Shown here one piece after another: positions 62,301 to 64,000 of a DNA stretch of 64,000 bases. Source of the stretch: a virus (taxonomy: Duplodnaviria > Caudoviricetes); the IMG/VR virus record IMGVR_UViG_3300027779_000028, positions 1,524 to 65,523 of that record; one strand, written 5' to 3'. The notes under the pieces are model-generated. The model made no database searches, was not told the DNA's origin, and saw only the letters and a list, made by a program, of their open reading frames with translations. The first letter of the stretch is position 1; each line of letters starts with the position of its first letter. A program made the position numbers and the translations under genes.

Positions 62301-64000
62301 ATACTATCCCAATCGGCTATTTCAATTTGTTTAGCAAACTTAAGTACTTGCCCTTTTGTGTATATAGCCTTAGGCAACGATACCCTCATGAAATTTCTTA
62401 ACGCTCTCTTGACACGCTTTATATCTCTTTTTCCTTTCAAACGCTCTCTTACAGATATACGTGCTTTTCTAATCTTAGCAGACATATCTTGTGTAGGACG
62501 TATTCCTACCGCCTTCTGCAGCTCAATAGTCATTTGAGCCTGTAGGATAGAGATTCCTTTTCTATATAACGTCTTGCCCTTTTCCACATATGAATCTCCC
62601 TCCTCCTTATATTCCTTCTGTTCCTGCATATACTCAATCATAGCATCCATAATCTCCTGCTCGCTTAAGATTTTTACACGCTTGTTATTCTTACGGATTT
62701 CATTCTTCTGAAAGTCATTGACTTTATCTTGCGCTGAATCTCTTTCAGAATCTCTTCTCTCTGTAAGCTTGGCTTTAAACTCTGCTACCTTAGAATTAAA
62801 GTCTTTTTTATTTAAAGGGTTCTTACGTTTGTTATTACTCTTTGTAAGCTTGGCTCTATAGGCGTCTACTTTTTCACGTAACTGTGTAGTGGAATCGTAT
62901 GACTTCCTCTGCTCTTTAGCAAAGGCCCGAACTTTTGCGTCCATCTCAGCAGGAGTAAGGTACTTACTACGTGAATTGCGTAATTCAAGTTTCTTCCGGA
63001 ACGCTTCAATTTTATTATAGAGACGTTCACCTGATTGTATACCACCCTGCATATTCTTAAAGCTCTGAGGCATCTTCTCAAACATATCGCTAGAGACTTT
63101 AAGAGCAGCGTCTACCACCTTAGCGCTCTTTCTCATTACCCGAACGAGGAAATCTCTAAGGACCGCATCACGGAAATTCCCCTGACGACCTTCTTCAATG
63201 ACTTCGTTGATAGACTTCTGCCGTCTACCTGTATAAGCAAGTGGCTTAAACTTCACCCCATTAAATCGTAGGAAAACTCCTCCTCCTCCTCCGTACTTCC
63301 CTAATTTACTTTTCTCAACCGTGTATCCCATAGGCTCAAACATACTTTTTACCTTCTGAATGTTTATGTTTGGTGGAAAGAATCCTCTATCCCCCATACC
63401 ATACTGTCTTGCTTTCCTGCTAGTCACCGACATCCTATCCATCTTCTGCTGACGAGACATAGGCTTCGTCTTATCTAAGGAATGACTGACCTCTTCAATA
63501 GCAATAGGTGTAGATTTACCATCTTTTACAGAAATGTAGCGGCCTTCTACAACAGGAGTTGTAACAAATTCTACGTCAGTAAACGGAATAGGCTTGGATG
63601 ACCTAACATAATCATCAGCCCCAATCATAAATAGTCCTGACTTATCCGAAACTTTTATAGCCATAACAACACCCTCCACTTTTTCAGGAAGATAATTGAA
63701 TGCTGTACTTGACGAAGTCGCTAAATTTATACCTTCTTTATCCGAGAGAGTACCCCTTAAGTCGGTGTCTATAAATCCTTCTTTTTTTATTCTATTGTAG
63801 TCTTTAAGAGATACGCCTCTAAATAAATAACCATCTACCTCAGCTTCGTATATACCTCCTAAATCAGATTCTTCACTCGTCATCTCCCCTTTAGAAACCG
63901 TACCTAAACGGGGGTAATAAATATTACCAACCTCTCTTTGGAAGGGTTTATTTAACTCATCTAACTCTTCGGATATCTTTACCCTCTGCTCGTAAGCAGG
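59390..64000 (-). CDS. Giant polyvalent/ejection protein, C-terminal part (>1530 aa, open at right edge); ART-like domain near 63540-63840
   Basis: Frame stays open from 63883 to 64000; YLFRG...NLATSSSTAFNY...YVRSSKPIP resembles the ADP-ribosyltransferase fold; long helical C-terminus; EGGF acidic tail repeat. Confidence 0.75.
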   Translation of the reverse strand, partial: PAYEQRVKISEELDELNKPFQREVGNIYYPRLGTVSKGEMTSEESDLGGIYEAEVDGYLFRGVSLKDYNRIKKEGFIDTDLRGTLSDKEGINLATSSSTAFNYLPEKVEGVVMAIKVSDKSGLFMIGADDYVRSSKPIPFTDVEFVTTPVVEGRYISVKDGKSTPIAIEEVSHSLDKTKPMSRQQKMDRMSVTSRKARQYGMGDRGFFPPNINIQKVKSMFEPMGYTVEKSKLGKYGGGGGVFLRFNGVKFKPLAYTGRRQKSINEVIEEGRQGNFRDAVLRDFLVRVMRKSAKVVDAALKVSSDMFEKMPQSFKNMQGGIQSGERLYNKIEAFRKKLELRNSRSKYLTPAEMDAKVRAFAKEQRKSYDSTTQLREKVDAYRAKLTKSNNKRKNPLNKKDFNSKVAEFKAKLTERRDSERDSAQDKVNDFQKNEIRKNNKRVKILSEQEIMDAMIEYMQEQKEYKEEGDSYVEKGKTLYRKGISILQAQMTIELQKAVGIRPTQDMSAKIRKARISVRERLKGKRDIKRVKRALRNFMRVSLPKAIYTKGQVLKFAKQIEIADWDSIENLMNEITEFVISENVKTLQKSIDSLLNDKYTKTEGGRKKGIKIDVATLERLTSIRNRLLVKGKTDKEIAAITEEDVVQANTLLQKAWNELSIKTDATIEELTEMANLQVIMEFNNSLVMENTDSNKVASLDEVNTNLQEMVDFGRTVLQAILAKDKAEYERQFEIAYEEITGKVVSLKEEDAEAELERNKTGLQNIANKKLVAGRVKFFFQNFLQNAGDFFTDHEGLDGLMDKIGKLPGELFGGALQDMVTGKIDESSRTFKERTMYTSGRVEQKLVEIYGKNWKPKLRKNRQLAHTFSVNQEQLAKAQKAFDANPTPETQEKLDEAIDNSEKIYTQNQMSYLYNQHKDPSNDGAFETMYGPKYKEILSEIEEALTPEVKAFADWQVNELFPELYEHYNEVYKKIYRTNMPWNEFYSGRIYRDGVEVAPLDLLSGGTASFNNSVNEASTLSRIKNTVKILPMDGTDALMSYIHDMEYFAAYAESIRDINKIFTNEYIRGAIRSIHGDNTVKLIDNSIQKIANKGVQTEKWSKVFNAMNTMFIIARLAISPLIMIKQLTSTFTYANDIGSRNWLKYSAKNMIELNGVFQEMRDNSVYMQERGTQSLMRAMETYSESAMQEFVPSPTKDFMVNFMMYMVKFGDRNAIFLGGAANYSYYKDQAIQSGETEQEAIQIAIRKFERDTKRTQQSSDLQDKDFYQTGHPMQRAANFFLSTPRQYLRKDIQAVRNLGRKLKAWDRNAGKGSVKENLRTLLMYHVYMPVLFQYISMGLPGLLRGFREDDDEDLMRAAIMGPLNGLFIAGEVLGMGADYYQGKPWAGEGTKSLGLLNVATSIIQKLKAADKMKEGPKKDAKMKQAYLEMLTIVPPGIPAPTLSKLITNYGKVISGDYENTGEALLRLMNFSEYQITGPKNRDEKKAKTIEEINEEYDRQLRIEDTEMKRQQNLLGDGGFEEGFEEGGFEGGFEEGGFD

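Noticed and set aside
1-64000. Stop-codon reassignment
   Set aside because: Standard code gives long, densely tiled ORFs, and all three stop codons are used

Overview
This window is most, possibly nearly all, of a tailed dsDNA phage genome, probably podovirus-like and infecting Bacteroidota (Flavobacteriia-like). The host inference rests on many TAnnTTTG -7 promoter elements and A/T-rich starts without Shine-Dalgarno sites. The minus strand (1-41.3 kb, plus 59.4-64 kb) holds the late genes: groEL/groES, a cluster of small basic proteins, fibre paralogs, amidase lysis genes, terminase, portal, scaffold, major capsid, tail ring/nozzle and ejection proteins. It also holds a giant polyvalent protein that is open at both window edges. 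The plus strand (41.8-59.4 kb) holds small early ORFs, then Sak-like annealase, RecE-like exonuclease, SSB-like protein, primase-helicase, SNF2 helicase and nucleases. I recognised no DNA polymerase, RNA polymerase, integrase, complete tRNA or CRISPR array. The most striking unexplained structure is in the early region: a 17-bp palindrome (8 copies plus one covarying variant) always 14-29 nt upstream of a start codon, tRNA-like mini-structures, and promoters carrying TAGAC direct repeats. Other highlights are two homologous iteron/IHF elements 12.5 kb apart, a four-member family with constant and variable blocks, a shared N-terminal tag on basic proteins, and an A10 slippage site in the giant gene. 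All calls come from reading motifs and gene context by eye; no database searches were run.
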